This document shows, in pieces, positions 17,724-24,900 of a stretch of DNA of 38,030 bases; within the stretch, counting starts at the first letter, position 1; each line of letters opens with the position of its first letter. Origin of the DNA: a virus (Duplodnaviria; Caudoviricetes); the IMG/VR virus record IMGVR_UViG_3300027644_000030, positions 1 through 38,030 of that record; one strand, written 5' to 3'. Made by a program: the position numbers and the translations under genes. The notes beneath the pieces were generated by a model. It did not search any database. It worked only from the letters and a program-made list of their open reading frames with translations, and was not told the DNA's origin.

Positions 17724-17751
17724 TTGACAAAGTAAAAAGTTATGCTATCAT
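17724..17751 (+). promoter_or_regulatory. Promoter of the replication operon
   Basis: TTGACA-16 bp-TATCAT with extended -10 TG. Confidence 0.72.
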
Positions 17752-17780
17752 AAAGACTTGAAAAACTTTTTGGAGTATCA

Positions 17781-18120
17781 GATGAGTGAACGAATGGACA
17801 ACGCACTTGCCCTCGCTGACAAGTGTTGGTCAAAAGCAAGCGGAACAAACCCCGAGTTTGTTGAGCGCTACCTAGAGTTAGCAGAAGAGTTGCTAGTGTC
17901 AAAGCCCGTTGTTCTTGGTGATGAATTCCGAGAGTACTGCGGCAAGAAACTTTTATTCCGACCCAAAGAACTGCACCCTAACGTATGGGTATCAGGCGTA
18001 CGCGCTCTGAGTACGCTCGGATGGATTGCCCACAATGGTTACACGACACCGACCAAGTCACACAACCACATGCCCTCGGTCTCAGTATGGAAGAGCATGA
18101 TCTATGGCAACGACACCTGA
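17781..18120 (+). CDS. Hypothetical protein
   Basis: ORF track 17758-18120; GGAG RBS favours the ATG near 17781. Confidence 0.65.
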
Positions 18121-18400
18121 AGCCAAGGTCAAGGCAAAGATCAAGGCTATCTTAAAAGCTCACAACGTCTACTACGCTATGCCTATTGGTACTGGCTACG
18201 GCAATAGCGGTGTGCCTGACTTCCTGTGTTGCGTGAACGGCAAGTTCCTAGCGATCGAAGCCAAGGCGGGTAAGGGTCAAGCAACCGCGCTACAACTAAA
18301 GAATCTAGAAGCGATCAACGCATCGGGTGGGTATACGTGCATCATTCGTGAAGACAACCTCGAATACCTAACAAATGTTATAGCGGAGTGCATGCAGTGA
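18104..18400 (+). CDS. VRR-NUC domain nuclease / Holliday junction resolvase-like
   Basis: TPEAKVK...GVPDFL...AIEAKAG...Q PD-(D/E)XK motif. Confidence 0.88.
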   Translation: MATTPEAKVKAKIKAILKAHNVYYAMPIGTGYGNSGVPDFLCCVNGKFLAIEAKAGKGQATALQLKNLEAINASGGYTCIIREDNLEYLTNVIAECMQ

Positions 18401-20214
18401 ACATATTAACAATAGACTTTGAGACATATTATTCTCGGGAGTTCAGCCTAACAAAAGTTACCACGGAGGAATACATTCGTAGCCCTGAGTTCGAGGCTAT
18501 TGGCGTAGCTGTACAGGTAGACGATGGTGAGCCCGAGTGGTTCAGCGGCGATGGTGAATCGTTGCACCAGTTCCTCACCCGATACGATTGGGCTAACTCT
18601 TTGGCGTTAGCGCACAACGCCCCGTTCGATGGTGCAATTTTGAAGTGGGTCTACGGACTTAGCCCCAAAGGTTGGCTTGATACTTTGTCTATGGGTAGAG
18701 CGCTACATGGTACGGAGGTAGGCGGTAGCTTAAAGGTTCTGGCCCAACACTACGCCCTTGGTGAGAAGGGTACAGAGGTTGAGAACGCCTTGGGGTTACA
18801 TCGTGCCGATTTCAGCCCCGCGCAGTTAGAGCGTTATGGTGATTACTGTAAGAACGATGTTGCACTTACATGGGAATTGTTTGGGCAGATGAGCAAGGGT
18901 TTTCCCAAGGTTGAGTTACGCCTGATTGATCTGACTGTGCGTATGTTCACCGAGCCAGTATTGCGGTTGCATAAGGGGGATTTAATATCGCACCTAGCAA
19001 ATGTCCAATACACAAAAGAGATAGCGCAAGGCGCGTTTGCTAAAGAAGACTTGATGAGCAACCCAAGGTTTGCCGCTTTGTTGGAAGAACTTAACGTCAA
19101 GCCACCGATGAAGGTCAGCCCCGCCACAGGTAAGCAAACTTTTGCGTTCTCTAAGACAGACGAAGAGTTCAAGGCATTGCTCGAACATCCAAACCTTGAA
19201 GTTCAACTGTTAGTGGCAGCGAGATTAGGCACTAAGTCTACGATAGAAGAAACAAGAACTGAAAGATTTATTGGTATTGCCGATCGCGGTGCTTTGCCTG
19301 TACCCCTACGCTACTATGCCGCCCACACAGGGCGATGGGGCGGGGACGACAAGCTTAACTTACAGAACCTACCAAGGAACTCACCGCTAAAGGGCGCAAT
19401 CATTGCCCCGGACGGATACATGATGATCGATTCAGACTCATCACAAATTGAAGCCCGTACGCTCGCATGGCTTGCGGAACAGAACGACTTAGTTGACGCA
19501 TTTGATAGGGGCGAAGATGTATACAAAATCATGGCATCTGCTATCTATGGCAAGGACGTGTCAGAAATTACAAAGGACGAGAGATTCGTTGGTAAGACCA
19601 CTATCCTTGGTTGTGGGTACGGCATGGGTGCGAAGAAGTTCCAAGCGCAACTCAAAAACTTTGGAGTGGAGATTACGTTGGTCGAAGCGACACGGATTAT
19701 CGACACGTACCGCGCAACGTATCCGAAGATTGTTGAGTTATGGAAGTCTGCGGCGTCAGCCCTAAAGTCTATACTACAGAAACAGCACACTACGCTAGGC
19801 CGAGGCGATATTTTAAAGGTCGAGGGCATCAAAGGTATTCTGTTACCCAACACCTTGTACTTGCGTTACCCCAACTTGCGTAAGCTTCAAGACGATGACG
19901 GCGAAATCGAACTTGTATACGACACCAAGAAGGGCAAAGCAATTATCCCAACACGTATTTATGGTGGTAAGGTAATTGAGAACGTGTGTCAAGCATTAGC
20001 CCGTATCGTGATTGGTGAGCAGATGCTTATGGTTGCGAAGAAGTACCGAGTCGTGATGACTGTGCATGATGCCATCGCTTGTATCGTGCCGACTGAACAA
20101 GTTGAAACCGCTAAAGAATACGTTGAGATGTGCATGCGCACCCGCCCGAATTGGGGTATGGAGTTACCTTTGAACTGCGAAGCGGGGTACGGAGAGAGCT
20201 ATGGAGCATGCTGA
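18397..20214 (+). CDS. Family A DNA polymerase with 3'-5' exonuclease
   Basis: ExoI IDFET, ExoII HNAPFD, ExoIII YCKND; motif A DSSQIEAR, motif B RFVGKTTILGCGYG, motif C VHDA; GTG start overlapping the VRR-NUC stop. Confidence 0.95.
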   Translation: MNILTIDFETYYSREFSLTKVTTEEYIRSPEFEAIGVAVQVDDGEPEWFSGDGESLHQFLTRYDWANSLALAHNAPFDGAILKWVYGLSPKGWLDTLSMGRALHGTEVGGSLKVLAQHYALGEKGTEVENALGLHRADFSPAQLERYGDYCKNDVALTWELFGQMSKGFPKVELRLIDLTVRMFTEPVLRLHKGDLISHLANVQYTKEIAQGAFAKEDLMSNPRFAALLEELNVKPPMKVSPATGKQTFAFSKTDEEFKALLEHPNLEVQLLVAARLGTKSTIEETRTERFIGIADRGALPVPLRYYAAHTGRWGGDDKLNLQNLPRNSPLKGAIIAPDGYMMIDSDSSQIEARTLAWLAEQNDLVDAFDRGEDVYKIMASAIYGKDVSEITKDERFVGKTTILGCGYGMGAKKFQAQLKNFGVEITLVEATRIIDTYRATYPKIVELWKSAASALKSILQKQHTTLGRGDILKVEGIKGILLPNTLYLRYPNLRKLQDDDGEIELVYDTKKGKAIIPTRIYGGKVIENVCQALARIVIGEQMLMVAKKYRVVMTVHDAIACIVPTEQVETAKEYVEMCMRTRPNWGMELPLNCEAGYGESYGAC

Positions 20215-20344
20215 AAATGGTATGCGCATACTGTGGAAGTACATTAACAAAAGGACAAGGGACATCCACTTTTCGTGGGAACGTTGGAGCAGAGGCGACG
20301 CCTACGGGTTTTGGGAATTTAGATTACCACCTAAACAGGAGTGA
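20201..20344 (+). CDS. Trp-rich small protein (47 aa), not in ORF track
   Basis: GGAG RBS; MEHAENGMRILWKY...PPKQE*; preferred over the alternative frame 20130-20351. Confidence 0.4.
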   Translation: MEHAENGMRILWKYINKRTRDIHFSWERWSRGDAYGFWEFRLPPKQE

Positions 20345-20347
20345 TAG

Positions 20348-20443
20348 ATGACTTGGCCTTTTCCCCCATTCCCAAACCCCAAGGACAAGGGCACACGAGT
20401 GCCCAAGTTCAACCCTGACAACCATGAGGATGCGCCGGTATGA
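20348..20443 (+). CDS. Pro-rich 31-aa peptide, not in ORF track
   Basis: AGGAG RBS; MTWPFPPFPNPK...DAPV*; ATGA coupling. Confidence 0.5.
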   Translation: MTWPFPPFPNPKDKGTRVPKFNPDNHEDAPV

Positions 20444-20595
20444 ACGACGATGATGATATTCAAGAATACGTAAGCCCGAACAAGCAGCGGAATGATGTAT
20501 TGGAAGAAGTAGCCAAAGAGTTTGAAAAGATGAAAGCCTTTGAGAAGGACACAATGGCAAGCTTTGCCGCTTTTGTGCGGGGGATGAAGCGATGA
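20440..20595 (+). CDS. Hypothetical protein (51 aa), not in ORF track
   Basis: MNDDDDIQEY...RGMKR*; ATGA overlaps on both sides. Confidence 0.6.
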   Translation: MNDDDDIQEYVSPNKQRNDVLEEVAKEFEKMKAFEKDTMASFAAFVRGMKR

Positions 20596-20828
20596 TTAAG
20601 TACGACGGGTATGATGAAGCAATCATAGGCCCAGCAAGCATTTGGCGTGACAGTACAACCGTATCTGTATTAGTATATGACGCAGAGAAGATACGGGAAA
20701 TCCTTATGCGAGACGGCATGGATGCCGAGGAAGCTAGGGAGTTCATTGAGTTTAACATTGAAGGCGGCTATCTAGGGATTGAAACCCCTGTGTTAGTTTG
20801 GCCTAACGATATATGGGATGAGTCATGA
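20592..20828 (+). CDS. Acidic hypothetical phage protein
   Basis: DGYDEAIIG...EAREFIEFNIEG...TPV pattern; coupled to neighbours. Confidence 0.72.
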   Translation: MIKYDGYDEAIIGPASIWRDSTTVSVLVYDAEKIREILMRDGMDAEEAREFIEFNIEGGYLGIETPVLVWPNDIWDES

Positions 20829-21487
20829 GTATTGTTTGGTCATTCAGTAGCCTGAAAACATTTCAACAGTGTCCTAAGAAGTACTACCATACCAAGATAG
20901 CCAAGGACATTGTTGAGCCGGATACACAGGCAACACTGTATGGAAAAACAGCGCACACTGTGGCGGAGGAATACATTCGTGATGGGGTGCCAATCCCTGA
21001 ACAGTTTGCCTATATGCAAGCTACCCTAGACGTCTTAAAAGACATCCCCGGAGAGAAGTTATGCGAAGTAAAACTTGGATTGACGAAGAATTTAGAGTCG
21101 TGCGACTTCGATGCTCCGAATGTATGGTGGCATGGGGTAGCGGATTTGGTGATTATCAATTGGACTACGGGAACGGCACACTCCATAGACTACAAGACGA
21201 GCAAGAGTGCGAGATATGCGGATGTGAAGCAACTCGATCTTGTCGCTTGTGGATTATTCGCCAAGTTTCCGGAGATTCAAAGGGTGAAGTCGGCTCTCTT
21301 GTTTGTAGTCAGCAAGGAATTCGTGAGGGCAGTTCATCACTCGGAGATGATGCCAAAATACATAGAACCCGCCGCCCGAGACGTAGCAAGAATTGAAGCG
21401 GCGTTAGAAAACGGGGTATGGAACCCTATCCAAGGCCCACTGTGCAAGTTCTGCTCAGTGAAACAATGTGAATACAACAGGAATTAA
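20825..21487 (+). CDS. Cas4-like PD-(D/E)XK exonuclease with probable Fe-S cluster
   Basis: WSFSSL...CP, ADL...IDYKT, QL, C-terminal CKFC...C. Confidence 0.88.
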   Translation: MSIVWSFSSLKTFQQCPKKYYHTKIAKDIVEPDTQATLYGKTAHTVAEEYIRDGVPIPEQFAYMQATLDVLKDIPGEKLCEVKLGLTKNLESCDFDAPNVWWHGVADLVIINWTTGTAHSIDYKTSKSARYADVKQLDLVACGLFAKFPEIQRVKSALLFVVSKEFVRAVHHSEMMPKYIEPAARDVARIEAALENGVWNPIQGPLCKFCSVKQCEYNRN

Positions 21488-21488
21488 T

Positions 21489-21803
21489 ATGCCTTACGTA
21501 AATAAACCCCGCCCCTACAAAAAAGAATATCAGCAGCAGATTGAGCGTGGTGAAAGCCCAGCTCGCTTAGAACGTCAGCGTGCTAGAGAAGGTATAGATA
21601 ATAAAAATACAGACAAAAACAAAGATGGACGTGCCGACGTCCGTGAAGGAAAAGATGTTGCTCATATCAAGGCGCTATCTAAAGGCGGCTCCAACAAGAA
21701 CGGAACCAAACTTCAAACCCCATCAACCAACCGATCATTTAAACGTGGCTCAAACCACAAAGTTGTATCAGAAGTAAGTACTAAGGAACGTAAGAAAAAA
21801 TGA
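21489..21803 (+). CDS. HNH-like endonuclease
   Basis: DVAHIKALSKGGSN...NRSF motif; AGGA RBS before ATG 21489. Confidence 0.7.
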   Translation: MPYVNKPRPYKKEYQQQIERGESPARLERQRAREGIDNKNTDKNKDGRADVREGKDVAHIKALSKGGSNKNGTKLQTPSTNRSFKRGSNHKVVSEVSTKERKKK

Positions 21804-23203
21804 ACCTATCAGAGTATACGTGGCCTCGTCCTCCGGGGTTCACGCCGTTCGATCATCAGAAGACAACATCAGAATTCCTTACAATAAACCGCAAGGCGTT
21901 CTGTTTCAACGAGCAAGGTACAGGTAAGACAGCGTCAGTTATTTGGGCTGTGGATTATCTAATAACTATTGGATTAGTGAAGCGTGTATTAGTGATCTGC
22001 CCTTTGTCGATCATGAAGTCGGCTTGGCAGAATGATTTGTTTAAGTTTGCAATTCACAGAACCGTTTCAATTGCTTACGGAGCCGCACGTAAGCGCAAAG
22101 AGATTGTTAGTCTTGGTGCTGAGTTTGTCATCATCAACTTTGATGGTGTTGGCATTGTCAAGAAAGAAATTATTGCTGGTGGGTTTGACCTCATCGTAGT
22201 AGATGAAGCGTCAGCCTATAAGAATGCGCAGACAGAGCGTTGGAAAGACCTACGAGACCTAACAAAAGCTATTAAGGGCTTGTGGATGTTGACTGGTACG
22301 CCTGCCGCCCAATCACCTGTGGATGCTTACGGATTGGCAAAGCTTGTGAACCCCAAGGGTGTGTCACCTTTCTTTGGTCAGTTCAGAGACACAGTGATGA
22401 TGAAGCTCACTATGTACAAGTGGATACCCAAGCCAACCGCACAACTCATCGTACACAAAGCATTGCAACCCGCTATTAGATTTGAGAAGGCCGACTGCCT
22501 TGATCTGCCGCCCGTTACCTTTGTTGAACGAGATGCACCATTAACACCGCAGCAGTTAAAGTTCTACAACATACTCAAGAAGCAGATGATGATTGAGGCT
22601 GCTGGCGAAGAAGTATCAGCAGTTAATGCTGCCGTGCAAATTAACAAACTCTTGCAAATAGCTGGAGGTGCGGTGTATACGGATACAAGCGAAGTCATTG
22701 AGTTTGATGTGAGCAGTAGGCTTAACGTAGTTCAAGAAGTAATTGAAGAGTCAAGCCACAAGGTGCTTGTGTTTGTTCCGTTTACGCACACCATACAATT
22801 ACTTGAGAAGCATTTACAAAAAAACAACATCACGTGCGAAGTAATTAACGGCGCGGTGTCAGTCAACAAACGCTCAGATATTGTCAAGCAGTTTCAAGAG
22901 CAACAAGAACCAAAAGTATTAATCATCCAACCGAAGGCGGCGTCACACGGGTTAACTCTAACTGCCGCTAACACAATCATTTGGTATGCTCCATGCACAA
23001 GTGTTGAAACGTACTTGCAAGCCAATGCACGTATTGATCGCCCCGGGCAAGTTAACAACATGACCATCGTACACATTACGGGTAGCCCCATCGAAGCTAA
23101 GATGTACACGATGCTTCAGGGCAACATCAACAACCACCAAAAAGTAATTGATCTTTACAAGCAAGAAATTTCTTCGGAAACTCTTGACAATGTAAAAAGT
23201 TAG
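21800..23203 (+). CDS. SNF2-family (SF2) helicase
   Basis: QGTGKT, VVDEA, LTGTP, HGLTL, QANARIDRPGQ motifs. Confidence 0.93.
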   Translation: MNLSEYTWPRPPGFTPFDHQKTTSEFLTINRKAFCFNEQGTGKTASVIWAVDYLITIGLVKRVLVICPLSIMKSAWQNDLFKFAIHRTVSIAYGAARKRKEIVSLGAEFVIINFDGVGIVKKEIIAGGFDLIVVDEASAYKNAQTERWKDLRDLTKAIKGLWMLTGTPAAQSPVDAYGLAKLVNPKGVSPFFGQFRDTVMMKLTMYKWIPKPTAQLIVHKALQPAIRFEKADCLDLPPVTFVERDAPLTPQQLKFYNILKKQMMIEAAGEEVSAVNAAVQINKLLQIAGGAVYTDTSEVIEFDVSSRLNVVQEVIEESSHKVLVFVPFTHTIQLLEKHLQKNNITCEVINGAVSVNKRSDIVKQFQEQQEPKVLIIQPKAASHGLTLTAANTIIWYAPCTSVETYLQANARIDRPGQVNNMTIVHITGSPIEAKMYTMLQGNINNHQKVIDLYKQEISSETLDNVKS

Positions 23204-23211
23204 AGTAGAAT
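23184..23211 (+). promoter_or_regulatory. Promoter of the SSB/primase operon
   Basis: TTGACA-16 bp-TAGAAT; spacer nearly identical to the promoter at 17724. Confidence 0.72.
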
Positions 23212-23217
23212 TAGATT

Positions 23218-23308
23218 TGTGTAGCAGTGATGGGTAACGGGTTAGCGCCGTTACAAACCTCCATAGTTTTGAAACACACTGCTTTATGTGAACTGCCACT
23301 GCTACACA
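23218..23308 (+). ncRNA. Putative structured RNA (three-way junction), family not identified
   Basis: 12-bp closing stem 23218-23229 / 23297-23308 enclosing two hairpins; begins at the predicted +1 of the promoter at 23184. Confidence 0.65.
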
Positions 23309-23329
23309 TTTAACCATTAGGAGAATTAG

Positions 23330-23755
23330 ATGGACGAAGAAGTCAAAGACAGAGTTACCTCTATGGACTTAGCAAAGCTAACGTCTATATACATCAAGAT
23401 CAGAGACAAGCGTGCCGACAACAAGCGCATGTTTGAAGCTGAAGATAACGATCTCAAAGAGCAAGCGGAAGTGTTAGAAGCACAAATGCTCGATGTATGT
23501 AAAGACATGAATGCTGATAGCATTCGCACCCCACACGGCACAATTATTCGCTCGGTAAAGTCACGGTACTGGACGAATGATTGGGATTCAATGTACACGT
23601 TCATCGAAGAACAAGGTGCATTTGGCCTGTTAGAGAAGAGACTTCATCAAACAAATATGAAGGACTTTCTTACTGAGAATCCCACAGTTCTACCACTTGG
23701 CCTCAATGTGGAGAATTCTTATTCCGTGGTAGTTAGACGTTCAAAGGAAAAATGA
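23330..23755 (+). CDS. Coiled-coil replication/recombination-module protein
   Basis: AGGAG RBS; YIKIRD...SIRTPHGT...DWDS...LLEKRL. Confidence 0.75.
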   Translation: MDEEVKDRVTSMDLAKLTSIYIKIRDKRADNKRMFEAEDNDLKEQAEVLEAQMLDVCKDMNADSIRTPHGTIIRSVKSRYWTNDWDSMYTFIEEQGAFGLLEKRLHQTNMKDFLTENPTVLPLGLNVENSYSVVVRRSKEK

Positions 23756-23756
23756 G

Positions 23757-24647
23757 ATGAGTAATTTAACAATCATCAACGAAGACTTGCCCGACTTCCT
23801 GCAAACTGCAGGTGTCAGCGCACTCACAAAACAACTCGCCGGTAAGACTGGCGTCAAGCGCATCGTGCCCAAAAACGGAATTTTCCGTAAGACAGTCGGT
23901 GGCGAAGAGATGGGCAAGGTCAAGGGTAACCTAGACGTTATCATCGTTAACGCATCCCCTGCTGTGGGTCGTATCTTCTATGCAAAAGCATGGACTCCCG
24001 ATGCCGAGCCAACTCCGCCCGACTGCTTCTCCAACGACGGACGCACGCCTGATGCCGGAGCCGAGAACCCACAGTCTGAGCGTTGCGATACTTGCCAACA
24101 GAACATCAAGGGTTCAGGCATGGGCAACTCTAAGTCTTGCCGCTACTCACGCCGTATCGCTATGGTGTTGAAAGAGGATTTTGGTACTTCACTTGAAGGC
24201 GAAGTCTATCAAATGAACTTAGCTTCTAAGTCATTGTTCGGTGACGGTTTTGGTGAGAACACTCACACTTTTGAAAACTACTCTAAGTACTTGTCCAACA
24301 ACGGCAAGAGCTTGGACTACGTCGTTACGCAGATTAGCTTCAACGAAGAGAACGACAACCAGTCTGTGCTGTTCACGCCGACTGGCTACATTAACAAAGC
24401 GCAGTACGCTGTGACTAGCGAAGTAGCTAAGAAGCCTGATGTGTTGAAGATGGTAGTTATGACACCATACCAAGCTGATATGGCAGGTAAAGCCGCTAAG
24501 CTAGAAGCACCAACCCCCAAAGCCGCCGCGCCTAAAGTTGAGTCTCCCATTGAGGAGCCGACTAAGCGTGAAAAGAAAACTGAACCTAAACCCACAGTTA
24601 AGAAAGACCTTGACTCTGTGGTGAAGGCTTGGAGTGACGAGGATTAA
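23757..24647 (+). CDS. Putative ssDNA-binding protein
   Basis: Cys cluster (PDCFS...CDTC...SCR), Pro/Lys/Ala linker, acidic aromatic tail WSDED; located before the primase. Confidence 0.6.
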   Translation: MSNLTIINEDLPDFLQTAGVSALTKQLAGKTGVKRIVPKNGIFRKTVGGEEMGKVKGNLDVIIVNASPAVGRIFYAKAWTPDAEPTPPDCFSNDGRTPDAGAENPQSERCDTCQQNIKGSGMGNSKSCRYSRRIAMVLKEDFGTSLEGEVYQMNLASKSLFGDGFGENTHTFENYSKYLSNNGKSLDYVVTQISFNEENDNQSVLFTPTGYINKAQYAVTSEVAKKPDVLKMVVMTPYQADMAGKAAKLEAPTPKAAAPKVESPIEEPTKREKKTEPKPTVKKDLDSVVKAWSDED

Positions 24648-24648
24648 T

Positions 24649-24897
24649 ATGCCCTATGGTTACAGCCAAAGCTTGGTGTTCGCAAATAGAAAAGCAAGCA
24701 TTAAGTCTTTGGGTGTGGCTTTGGGTCGTGTTTGTATCCGCGCAAACATCAGCGTTAGCGAGGTTGCAGGGTTCTTCGGGGTGACTCGAATGACTATCTA
24801 CAATTGGTTCAAGGGGGATGCCGTCCCCTACCACAGCTACGATGAAGCCATTAGCGATTACATAACTCATACCCAAGCTACCATCCAAATAAAGTAA
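24649..24897 (+). CDS. XRE/Cro-like HTH protein
   Basis: SVSEVAGFFGVTRMTIYNWFKG; GAGGA RBS before ATG 24649. Confidence 0.82.
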   Translation: MPYGYSQSLVFANRKASIKSLGVALGRVCIRANISVSEVAGFFGVTRMTIYNWFKGDAVPYHSYDEAISDYITHTQATIQIK

Positions 24898-24900
24898 AAC

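Larger units (their letters stand above)
7594..18461. repeat. Dispersed 14-bp palindrome CTAACA(AA/TT)TGTTAG, about 22 copies
   Basis: Exact copies start at 8281, 8444, 8497, 9110, 10156, 11029, 11330, 12443, 16364, 17669; 1-mismatch at 7594, 8655, 9460, 9732, 13061, 14344, 15027, 15474, 18368; 2-mismatch at 7716, 13992, 18448. Confidence 0.95.

Noticed and set aside
7594-18461. Integron attC sites (CTAAC...GTTAG resembles the R'' and R' boxes)
   Set aside because: Only 4 nt separate the boxes, whereas attC sites are much longer with L boxes and extrahelical bases; no integron integrase is seen
20825-21487. CRISPR-associated cas4
   Set aside because: Stand-alone Cas4-like nucleases are common in phage replication modules; no cas1, cas2 or array is present
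23218-23308. tRNA, hammerhead or pistol ribozyme
   Set aside because: No cloverleaf or TTC loop, no CUGANGA core, and no downstream complement for a pistol-type pseudoknot
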